DNA of 64,000 bases from Octopus vulgaris (Eukaryota): the NCBI GenBank assembly GCA_951406725.2, contig OX597840.1:11594001-11658000 (forward strand). The letters are read 5' to 3'. How positions within the stretch are numbered: the stretch's first letter is position 1; each line of letters starts with the position of its first letter. Below the pieces are notes generated by a model. The model was not told the origin of the DNA and searched no databases. It was given only the letters and a program-made list of their open reading frames with translations. Below, piece after piece: positions 51,821 through 64,000 of this stretch. Position numbers and translations under genes: made by a program.

Positions 51821-52764
51821 TCCAAACAGTTATTGGGCTAAACAATACAACATATTCCAGGAATAAAAAGAGCAAAACCTGCAAGTGGTCCCTTCACTTG
51901 CTAGAAATAGTAGCTAAATCTCCCTCAACTCGCACTACAGTCTCAGACAAGGAAGGACATATAGTAAATGTAGGACTACATTATTCATCATTATCATTAA
52001 TCATCGTTTAACGTCTGTTTTTCCGTGCTGGCATGAGTTGGATGAGTCACAAAATCCAGCAAGGTCAGTAGGAATACTTCAAACTCCAATGTCATCTTTG
52101 GCTCGGCTTTAGGAACCTGTCTTGTGATTCTTCCGATCAATGTTCCAACCACATGTCCACAGTGTCAGGCAGTGAGCTAGCATACACGTTGGCACGCCAG
52201 GTGAAATGCTTAGTGTTATTTCGTCTGCTGTTACGTTCTGAGTTCAAATTCCGACTTTACCTTTCATCCTTTCGGGGGTCGATAAATTAAGTACCAGTTA
52301 TTCACTGGGGTAGATGTAATCGACTTAATCCGTTTGTTCCCTCTGTGTTTAGCCCCTTGTGGGTAGTAAAGAAATAGGTATTTCGTCTGTCGCTACGTTC
52401 TGAGTTCAAATTCCGCCGAGGTCGACTTTGCCTTTCATCCTTTCGGGGGTCGATAAATTAAGTACCAGATACGCACTGGGGTCGATATAATCGACTTAAT
52501 CCGTTTGTCTGTCCTTGTTTGTCCTCTCTGTGTTTAGCCCCTTGTGGGTAGTAAAGAAATAAGAGCTGTGACCCTTGCATCTTGACCTAAGAGACTCCTT
52601 TTGACCTCCAGGTTACACACCTATTCCAGTGAACCTTTGAAGGCTGCCTGTATTCAAGATGGCATTTTTACAGTCATTACCCAACAGTAAGTCAGTCGCA
52701 AGTTCAAACCCCGCCACAGAAGTCTAAAACTACTACAGCTACTGCTGCGACCGCCACTACCACC

Positions 52765-53290
52765 ACAACCACCTCCCACACTGCCACCACCACCACCTCC
52801 CACACTGCCACCACCACCACCACCACCTCCACACTGCCACCGCCACCATCACCACCTCCCACACTGCCACCACCACCACCACCACCACCTCCCACACTGC
52901 CACCACCACCACCACCACCTCCCACACTGCCACCACCACCACCACCACCATCTCCCACACTGCCACCACCACCACCATCACAGCCACCACCACCACCACC
53001 ACCACCCACACTACCGCCACCACCACCACCACCTCCCACACTGCCACCACCACCACCACCATCACAGCCACCACCACCACCACCACCTCCCACACTGCCA
53101 CCACCACCACCACCACCACCCACACTGCCACCACCACCACCACCTCCCACACTGCCACCACCACCACCACCACCTCCCACACTGCCACCACCACCACCAC
53201 CATCACCACCTCCCACACTGCCACCACCACCTCCCACACTGCCACCACCACCCACACTACCGCCACCACCACCACCACCGCCACCAGTCA
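52765..53290. repeat. (CCA)n-based array punctuated by CCCACACTG
   Basis: Directly visible. It produces the spurious poly-Gly/poly-Val ORFs. Confidence 0.9.
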
Positions 53291-53769
53291 ATGTCGTAAC
53301 TTAGGTTTTGCTAAAATTACAAATGGTCGTTTAGATTTAATTTAGTTTATTTTAGATTTCTCTTCTTCGTCTGTTGGATGGTATTGAATACCATTTTCCT
53401 ATCTCATTTCACACTTTTTTTAATGCTTTTTTGTTTTTGAGTCAACTTTTAAACAGTCCACATTGACATATTAAATATAACACCATTAACAAACCAACTA
53501 AATGTGCAGCGGATGTACATATGCACGTGTATGTGAGTGTACGTGTGTATATGTATATGTATATATACTGTTTTTACTTGTTTCAGTCAGTTGACTGCGG
53601 CCATGCTGGAGCACCACTTTTAGTCGAACAACTCGACCCCGGGACTTATTCTTTTGTAAGCCCAGTACTTATTCTATCGGTCTCTTTTGCCGAACCGCTA
53701 AGTAACGGGGACGTAAACACACCAGCATCGGTTGTCAAGCGATGTTGGGGGACAAACACAGACACACAA

Positions 53770-53814
<45 letters not shown>

Positions 53815-54415
53815 CGACAGGCTTCTTTCAGTTTCCGTCTACCAAATCCACTCACAAGGCTTTGGTCGGCCCGAGGCTATAGTAGAAGACACTTGCCCAA
53901 GGTGCCACGCTGTGGGACTGAACCCGGAACCATGTGGTTGGTTAGCAAGCTACTTACCACACAGCCACTCCTGCACCTACATTTCTCTTCTTCGTCTGTT
54001 GGATGGTATTGAATACCATTTTCCTGTCACATTTCACAGTTTTTTTAATGCTATTTATTTTGAGTCAACTTTTAAACAGTCCACATTTACATATCAAATA
54101 TATATCTATATATGTGTTTATGTATATATACATATGTGTGTATGTGTGTGTGTTCATGTGTGCATGTATATACATATGTGTGTGCATGTGTCTATATGAA
54201 AATATGTGTGTGTATATATCACCATTAACAAACCAACTAAATGTGCAGCGGATGTACATATGCACATGTGTATGGATAGGTGTGTCTGTATACATATATG
54301 CGTGTGCATGTATGTGCGTGTATGTGTGCATGTGTGTATACATATATGTGTGTGTGTGTATGTGTGTTTGTGCATGTATATGAGTGTGAGTGCATGTGTC
54401 TATATGTATATGCGC

Positions 54416-54452
<37 letters not shown>

Positions 54453-54539
54453 AATTGGCCTCACAGCTAATGGTTTCATACAGTATTTATTAAAGAGGTT
54501 AACACTAACAATCCCATATATACATATATGTGTATATGT

Positions 54540-54584
<45 letters not shown>

Positions 54585-54628
54585 CATCTGTGTGTGTGTC
54601 TGTGTGTGTAAGTATGTGTGTTTATGTG

Positions 54629-54664
<36 letters not shown>

Positions 54665-55859
54665 ATGATGAGAGACTGAGACCCCAGGAGGTATGCTGTG
54701 ACTGCGAAGACTCGGCAAATAAAGTGAGTTCACAGCTGTAACCTACACCAGTGTCGCATAACCAGCCCTAGCCCACTCAAGTACCTTGGATCGTAGAGCG
54801 ACATGCTGTGCTAGGGCCACATGCTGTGCCAGGGCCACATGCTGTGCTAGGACCACATGCTGTGCTTGAGGAGACCTATTGCGTCAAGTACATCAAAATC
54901 AAATGGAAATTGTAGTTGTGATCACTGTGCCAGTGCCACCTTGACTGGCTTTTGTGCCGGTGGCATGTAAAGCACCAATCGATCATGGTCGCTGCCAGCT
55001 TCCTCTGGCCCCTGTGCCAGTGGTACGTAAAAGGCACCATCTGAATGTGGACGATGCGAGCGCCGCCTTGACTGGCTTCCATACCGGTGGCACGTGAAAA
55101 GCACCAACCGATTGTGATTGTTGCCAGCCTCCTCTGGCACCTGTGCTAGTGGCACATAAAAAGCACCCACTACACTCTCAGAGTGGTTGGCGTTAAGAAG
55201 AGTATCCAGTTGTAGAAACACTGCCAGATCAGACTGGGGCCTGATGCAGCCTCCTGGCTTCCCAGACCCCAGTTGAGCCGTCCAACCCATGCTAGCATGG
55301 AGAACGGACGTTAAACGATGATGATGATGATGAGTTTGTGTGTGTAAACTGGGCAAAAGGTAAAATCAGGGCACTTAAAACAGAATGGAATCCACCACAG
55401 AGACATAGCGTGCCAAGGAGTTGGTTGTGATGGTGTTAGACAGGGTGACACATTAAGCCCACCGCTTTTGTAATCTAATCACAGAAACAACACGAAATAA
55501 GCAAAAATATGTCAAAGCAAAAGTGTTTCATTGTTATTTTTTTTTATTATTTATTTATGCATATTTGTTTAGTTTTATTTTATTTTATTTTATTTTATTT
55601 TATTTTTCTTTGATGTCTCATATGTCAGAGTGACTGTTCTGTGTCGTTCAAAACGGACAAAAGGAAGCTTGGGTGTGTTGTGGCATTGTGTCGGGTAATC
55701 GGGTGTATAGTGAGTGATATGTTGTACACAGTAATCGTGTGCGTGGAGTCAGCTATTGTGTGTAGAATGTGTGGTGTATGGTGTATATATATATTGTGTA
55801 TATAGCGACCACTGCATGGAGTAATGTCTTATATGCTTGGTGTAGAGTAACACCTTGTA

Positions 55860-56500
55860 TGGAGTACAAATATAGGGAGTATAAAGATATAGAGTACAAA
55901 TATATACAGCATAAGGTATAAAGTACAAGCATATAGGGTGTAATGCATAGAGTAAAAATAGAGTACAAATACAGAGAGTATAATGTATAGAGTACAAATA
56001 TATAGAGTAGAAATACATAAAGTATAAAGTACAAGCATATAGAGTACAAATATATAGAACATAAGGTATAGAGTACAAATATATAGAGTATAAGGTATAG
56101 AGTGTAAGGTATAGAGTACAAATATACAGAGTACAAATATATGGAGTATAAGGTATAGAGTGTAATGTAGGGAGTACAAATATACAGAGTACAAATATAT
56201 GGGGTATAAGGTATAGAGTGTAATGTAGGGAGTACAAATATACAGAGTACAAATATATAGAGTACACATATATAGAGTGTAAGGTATAGAGTACAAATAT
56301 ACAGAGTACAAATATAGAGTACAAATATATGGAGTGTACGGTATAGAGTACAAATATACAGAGTACAAATATATAGAGTACACATATATAGAGTAGAAAT
56401 ATATAGAATGTAAGGTATAGAGTACAAATATATAGAGTAGAAATATATAGAGTGTAAGGTTTAGAGTACAAATATACAGAGTATAAAGTATGGAGTACAA
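55860..56500. repeat. Minisatellite of ~15-16-bp AGAGTACAAATATAT units
   Basis: Directly visible. Confidence 0.9.
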
Positions 56501-57009
56501 ATTGTGTGTGGAGGTAATATCAGGTAACAAAATGTGAGAAGGTAACAAAATGTACCACAATAGACTGTGGTACCCAGCAGCATCCACACAGACTGTGGCA
56601 TCAACTGAGATACCTACCATCAGCCCTTGAAAAGGCCTCCCATCGTCGTAAATATAGTTGTGTCACAGACACAGGGTCTTTGGAACATGAGCACTGGGCT
56701 GGGGGGGGATTTGAACTCACAACTCCTTCTCCACACTCACCAAACGCAGTAAATGTCCCCCACCCCACGCCACCCAGAATCTCCGAAACCCCTGGAACAT
56801 AGAAATACCACTGGCACCACCAACGCAGCCACTGTACAGACATGTCAACGTCCACCTTGTCTCTTTGCTGTATTTAGTTCAAGCAAACATAAAAGAAGGA
56901 GGGAAGGGGACAGATAAAAAGTGGGTCCTGTCTGGTGCCCTTAATGCTAATATTTGAAGGGAGAAGGAAAGCCTGTTGGCAGGGCCAAAATATGTAGGGG
57001 TTTGCTTAC

Positions 57010-57049
57010 CTGGGTGACATCTAAGGCAATTAGAATCTTGATACGTCAT
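57010..57049 (-). CDS. Candidate first coding exon of the RhoGAP
   Basis: caccATG context, MTYQDSNCLRCHP+G, then a consensus CAG|gtaagc donor. Phase 1 is compatible with exon 48674-48781. No homology support. Confidence 0.45.
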
Positions 57050-57109
57050 GGTGATGGGCAGAACTGACGAGTTTGTAATTAAATGTTAATTAAGACCAGA
57101 GATCATACA

Positions 57110-57539
57110 GGTCATACACACACACATACACACACACACACATACGTACGTATGTACATACATACACACACACATACGTATGTACATACATACATACATG
57201 TATACACACAGAGGCACACATACATACACAGAAGTAGTGACACATACACAAATATGAACAGAGATACATATACACACATACATATGCACAGAGAAGACAG
57301 ATACAGGCACACAATATACACATACACAAAACAGTAACACACACACACACACACCACAAAAACACATACATATACACACAGACACAAAGAGACACAGAAG
57401 ACAGATGGACACACACAAACACACAGACACACAGACACACAAACACACAGACAGACATGTAAATACATGCTGACAAAGATAGGACCAAGTAGTTAACCAT
57501 ATGCACAAGCAAACACACAAACAGACACATATATAGATA

Positions 57540-57599
<60 letters not shown>

Positions 57600-57968
57600 C
57601 ATATATATATATACATATATATATATACACATATATATATATATACACATATATATATACACATATATATATACACATATATATATACACATATATATAC
57701 ATATATATATATACATACATATATATACACACACATATATATATACACACATATATATATACACATATATACACACACACATATATATATACACATATAT
57801 ACACACACACACACATATATATATACACATATATACACACACACACATATATATATATACACATATATATACACACACACACACACATATATACATATAT
57901 ATACACACACACACATATATATATAGATATATATACACACACACACATATATACATATACATATATAT

Positions 57969-58015
<47 letters not shown>

Positions 58016-58132
58016 TATATACATATATATACACACACACACACACATATATATACATATATATACACACACACACACACACATATATACATATATATAC
58101 ACACACACACACACACATATATACATATATAT

Positions 58133-58200
<68 letters not shown>
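57110..58200. repeat. ~1.1-kb compound (CA)/(TA) microsatellite
   Basis: Directly visible. Similar tracts lie at 20300-20700, 42857-43302 and 62462-62820. Confidence 0.95.
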
Positions 58201-58532
58201 TGTAGGAGCACTCCGTCGGTTGCAACGACAAGGGTCCCAGCTGATACGATCAACGGAACAGCCTGCTCATCAAATTAACGTGCAAGTGGCTGAGCAGTCC
58301 ACAGGCACGTGTACCCCTAACGTATTTCTTGGGGAGATTCAGCGTGACACAGGATGTGACAAGGCTGGCCCTTTGTAATACTCTGCATCCCATTTTTGCC
58401 ATCTGAGTGGACTGGAGCAATGTGAAATAAAGTATCTTGCTCAAGGACACAACGCGTCGCCGGGAATTGAACTCGCCACCTTATGATCGTGAGCCGAATA
58501 CCCTAAGCACTAAGCCACGCGCCTTCGCACAT

Positions 58533-58608
<76 letters not shown>

Positions 58609-59572
58609 AGATATATAGGTACGCAATGTTTGGGGCCCCCTGCTTTATCCTCTGAGTTTGGAAAGAATGCTTTGCAGTATTCATCCCGACTCTTGACGTT
58701 CTGGGTTCAAATTCCACTGCAGCCAGCTTGGCTTTTTCATCCTCTCGGGATCAGTTACACTAACAGTCAAGTACTGTGGGGGCGGGGGATGGAGTGAGTT
58801 TGAAGAAATCGATTTACCCCCACCTCCTATCTAAATTGCTGGCCTGGTGCCAAAAACTGGAAAGACTGCTATTATTGTTATTGTGCCTAAATCTAAAAAC
58901 ACGTACACAAACATGGACACAAACAAATACAGACAATGCAATTTACCGAAGAACTATTAAACTTCAAAAGTTTAGTACTTTGTTGGCTTCTTAGAGAAAT
59001 CAGTCAAAACAAACAAAGAAATATTGATCAGGTATAAGAAAGAGAAACTAGATTAACGGATCACACCAACTGACCAACTGTTACTATTTATTCTAGAGAT
59101 TACTCACTGCAATAACAATAATAATAACAATAATAATAATGATTATGATGATGATAATACTCTTTTACTCTTTTACTTGTTTCAGTCATTTTGACTGCAG
59201 CCATGCTGGAGCACCGCCTTGATTCGAGCAAATCGACCCCCGGGACTTATTCTTTTGTAAGCCCAGTACTTATTCTATCGGTCTCTTTTGCCGAACCGCT
59301 AAGTGACGGGGACGTAAACACACCAGCATCGGTTGTCAAGCGATGCTAGGGGGTCAAACACAGACACACAAACACATACACACACATCTACATATATATA
59401 TACATATATACGACGGGCTTCTTTCAGTTTCCGTCTACCAAATCCACTCACAAGGCATTGGTCGGCCCGGGGCTATAGCAGAAGACACTTGCCCAAGATG
59501 CCATGCAGTGGGACTGTGGTTGGTTAGCATGCTACTTACCACACAGCCACTCCTGCGCCTATATATACACAC

Positions 59573-59613
<41 letters not shown>

Positions 59614-62084
59614 CATGTGTTTCTTTCAGATTCTTTAAGCTAAATCCACTCACAAGGCTCTGGTTGGGGATTTTGGTAGAAGACCCTTGCTCACCCAAGG
59701 TCTTCTAAGCACCACTATTAAAACTATGCATGATATTTCTACCTGTAAATAAAGCCACAGGTGAATGCAATTAGCTCTCCAAACAGGGCAATGAACCTGC
59801 CCTCCATATATACCTGCTTGAAAGATAACAACAAATAAATGTCATTAGCCCTCCCAAAAACATCAACCTAATTAATACTACCTATCAAAAATCTACCTGT
59901 GATATCACAACAGGTAGATATAATTAGCTGAAAGTAACCTGAACTTCTCTGCAATTATCTGCAGATATGAAAACCTCAATCTCAGGTTTCTCAATGAAGT
60001 TGGTTTGGCATTTCTATTATTCTCTCGTAATTCTGAACTTACCTGTCATTATCTTGTGTACCCCCAACACATCATCTTCACCATCTTCCCTCTCTCTCTC
60101 TCCCCTGCTCTCTTTCTCTCTTATCCACACCTTTTCCACCTGCGGTAACCATGTATCTTCCTTACTGTAAGACATTTGTTAAAAAAGGAGCACTTCGTCG
60201 GTTAGGATGCCGAGGGTCCCAGGTGAAAAGATCAATGGAACAGCTTGCTCATGAAATTAACTAGCATGTGGCTGAGTACTCCACAGACACGTGTACCCTT
60301 AATGTAGTTCTCAGGGAGATTCAGCATGACAAGGCCGGCCCTTTGAAATACCGGTACTACTCATTTTTACCACCCGAGTGGACTGGAGCAACGTGAAATA
60401 AAGTGTCTTGGTCAAGGACACAACACGTTGCCAGAAATTGAACTCTTGACCTTACAATTGTGAGCCGAATGCCATAACCCCTAAGCCACATGCCTTCCCT
60501 CTATTACAGCCCTAACAATCCCTATATTATAGCCCTAACCTCTCATCACCTAGCACAAAGCCACCCACCTCTTTGCTATGCCACCACTCAGTTGAAGGGT
60601 CTTTGTCTTGCAAGTTGCTTGGTGACCTCACTGGTGCTGGTGCCACATAAAATGCACCCAGGACACTCTGCAAAGTAGTTGGGTATCCAAAGTAGAAAGG
60701 GTATCCAACCATAGAAACCCTGCAAAAACAAATATTAAAGCTTGGCTTGGTGCAGTCGTCTGACTTGATCAGCTCCTGTCAATCCCTCCAACCCATGCCA
60801 ACATGGAAAAAACGGCATTCACCATTTAGCATTCAGATTACCCTGTCAAATGGAATCCTTATTTATTCGCATTGTTTTGGATTAATCATTCATTATCTCA
60901 TAACCTTGAGATTATGATGATGTGATTGTGTTATTTTTAGAATGGTGTGAGAGGCAGGATCAAGATAAACAGGGCATGACTTTGCAAGTGGGGCCCAGTT
61001 ATAGAATTTTCTTCAGGTCCAGTAGCCCATCTCATTCAAAAGGTTCCTGAATAAGGGTTACTCTCTCTTTTACTCTTTTACTTGTTTCGGTCATTTGACA
61101 GCGGCCATGCTGGAGCACTGCCTTTTTAATCTTGCAACTCGACCCCGGGACTTATTCTTTTGTAAGCCCAGTACTTATTCTATCAGTCTCTATTGCCGAA
61201 CCGCTAAGTAACGGGGGCATAAACACACCAGCATCGGTTGTCAAGCAATGCTAGGGGTACAAACACAGACACACAAACAATTCTATCAGTCTCTTTTGCT
61301 GAACCACTAAGTGACGGTGACGTAAACACACCAGCATCGGCTGTCAAGCAATGCTAGGGGGACAAACACTGACACACTAACACACACACGCATATATATA
61401 TATATACATATATACGACGGGCTTCTTTCAGTTTCCGTCTACCAAATCCACTCACAAGGCTTTGGTGGGCCCGAGGCTATAGTAGAAGACACTTGCCCAA
61501 GGTGCTACGCAGTGGGACTGAACCCGGAACCATGTGGTTGGTAAACAAGCTACTTACCACACAGCCACTCCTGCGCCTATTGTTTAAGGATGTTGAATGA
61601 AACACGCAGGTTTCCAGAGGTGAATTATCCAAACCCCCAAAGAATCCCTCTCGACACATGGCTATGATGCTCCCCCACTACTTCTACTCATGATCAGAGA
61701 TGCACATATTGTCAGCCACTAAGGGACATGGTCAACTGGTTATGGTCGAACGACCGAGAATCAAAATCTGTGGTGTTGAGCAGAATATTTGTCATAATTA
61801 TTGTTATAATATTAGCTCAATGTTTCTGCAGCTAACTACACACACACACACATACATACATACTGCTTTTTCAAATATTACTAAAAAGACATGAAAATTT
61901 CACAAGGACAGTTCTAAGAGTGAGCTCACTTATATGAAGATAAAAATGTTTAGAATATTCCCATGAGAACCAGAAACGAAAGACAAAACATTTTCCATGC
62001 CAGCAACAGTTAGACATCAACAATCATATATATATATGTGCATATATGTATGCATGTGTATATACATATGTGCATATATGTATG

Positions 62085-62129
<45 letters not shown>

Positions 62130-62133
62130 ATAT

Positions 62134-62170
<37 letters not shown>

Positions 62171-62198
62171 TACACACACATATACATATATATATATA

Positions 62199-62461
62199 CA
62201 GTTGCGGCCAAAAGTTCAGAACGGCATTGTTTTCGTTAGAAAAGTAGGTATAATTTTTTATCATAGGTTTTGCAGTAAATCACTAAATCATCCATAACTT
62301 TTGTATTATCCTCTCAAATTACACCAAAATCTCAGACAATAACAAATAATATCGTATTTATTGTCTGTGAAAATGATAGAATATAAAACAACTTTGATAA
62401 TAAAATTATACCTACTTTTCTAACGAAAACAATGCCGTTCTGAACTTTTTGGCCGCAACTG
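62199..62461. mobile_element. Tc1/mariner-type MITE
   Basis: TA|CAGTTGCGGCCAAAAGTTCAGAACGGCATTG...TGAACTTTTTGGCCGCAACTG|TA, with ~70-bp TIRs and a TA target-site duplication. Confidence 0.9.
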
Positions 62462-62531
62462 TATACACACACACACACACATATATATACATATATACAT
62501 ATACACACACACAACACACATATATACATAT

Positions 62532-62562
<31 letters not shown>

Positions 62563-62679
62563 CACACACACACACACACATATATACATATACACACACA
62601 CACATATATACATATACACACACACACACATACACACACACACACACATATACATATACACACACACACATATACATAT

Positions 62680-62734
<55 letters not shown>

Positions 62735-62747
62735 AACACACACATAT

Positions 62748-62823
<76 letters not shown>

Positions 62824-64000
62824 TAAAGATTATTTGCCAACATAATGTGGCAGTCCTGGGTAGGACGAATGTTGCTGTTATTTAGCCCCCAGTAATATTC
62901 ATCCTAACTAGGTCTACCACAATATGTTGCCACATAATATTTACTCCAGAATACTGTTACTGAATGTTTCTTGTTAAGAGATTGAGAAATAATAGTTTTT
63001 CTATTCATATATGTGCGTGTGTATATATATGTGTGTATATATATGTGTGTATATTTATACATATATGTATGTATATATGTATATACGTGTGTATATATAT
63101 ATATATATATTTCTTTACTACCCACAAGGGGCTAAACACTGAGAGGACAAACAAGGACAGACAAATGGATTAAGTCGATTACATCGACCCCAGTGCGTAA
63201 CTGGTACTTATTTAATCTACCCCGAAAGGATGAAAGGGAAAGTCGACCTCGGCAGAATTTGAACTCAGAACGTAACGGCATATATGTTTGTGTGTCTGTG
63301 TATGTCCCCCCAACATCGCTTGACAACCGATGCTGGTGTGTTTACGTCCCCGTCACTTAGCAGTTCACCAAAAGAGAACCGACAGAATAAGTACTGGGCT
63401 TACAAAGAATAAGTCCTGGGGGTCGATTTGCTCGACTGAAAGCGGTGCTCCAGCATGGCCACAGTCAAATGACTGAAACAAGTAAAAGACTAAAAAGAGT
63501 AAAAGAGTATGTCAGTGGAGCACTCGGCCACTTGCACATTAATTTCACAATCAGGCTGTTCCGTTGATCAGATCAACTGGGAACCCTTGTTGTCATAACC
63601 GAAAAAGAGCCAGTACACGTGTGTGTATATATGGGGTTATCTTGTACTTCATAAGCTAGTAAAGTACATTAGACGGATAGAAGCAGATAAGAGACACAAT
63701 AGTACAACTACAAATAAGAATTAATACTAATTCTAATCAATAAATTAATAAATTGTACTCTATTGACAGCATTGATGCATACGCTAAGATTTTCTGATAT
63801 AAATATAGAATTGATATATATCATAATCATCATCATCATCGTCGTCATCATTGTTTAACCTTTTAGTATTCAGACCGGTCATATCTGGCCAAAAGTATTC
63901 TACTTGTTTTATGTTCAAACTGGCCAGATCTGGTCTCTCACACCAACCCTACAATGTCGTTTTAAAAATTAACAGCTACCTCATCAAAATCTTATAGCTA

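Noticed and set aside
52704-53291. Glycine-rich 195-aa ORF
   Set aside because: It is a (GGT)n-based array open in several frames, with no splice or homology support.
55749-56620. ORFs of 224-263 aa
   Set aside because: They lie inside a minisatellite, are open in three frames and have no protein signature.
57086-58253. Long ORFs of 381 and 387 aa (and similar YI/VC/HT-rich ORFs at 20168, 42697 and 62332)
   Set aside because: They are translations of dinucleotide microsatellites, which lack stop codons.

Overview
AT-rich, repeat-dense animal genomic DNA. The SINE families and microsatellite load suggest an octopus/coleoid cephalopod genome (inference). Almost all ORFs in the supplied track are microsatellite or SINE artefacts. 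The real gene is the 5' part of an ARHGAP1/ARHGAP8-family RhoGAP (BCH/Sec14 domain) on the minus strand. Its phase-compatible GT-AG exons are 57010-57049 (candidate start), 48674-48781, 5048-5142, 2651-2720, 1171-1258 and 106-237, and the gene continues beyond position 1. The ~43.5 kb intron holds three candidate frame-preserving microexons: a duplicated pair at 38275-38298 and 34238-34261/64, and a 21-nt one at 20783-20803. Other notable content: several unrelated minimal hammerhead-ribozyme (Penelope-type) repeat families, including an element with a tRNA-like head and hammerhead tail and an ~885-bp near-perfect palindrome; a cluster of R4/Dong-like LINE remnants in (TAA)n; CR1- and RTE-type LINE fragments; piggyBac- and Tc1-type MITEs; and several satellites. 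All calls were made by eye without database searches, and repeat boundaries are approximate.
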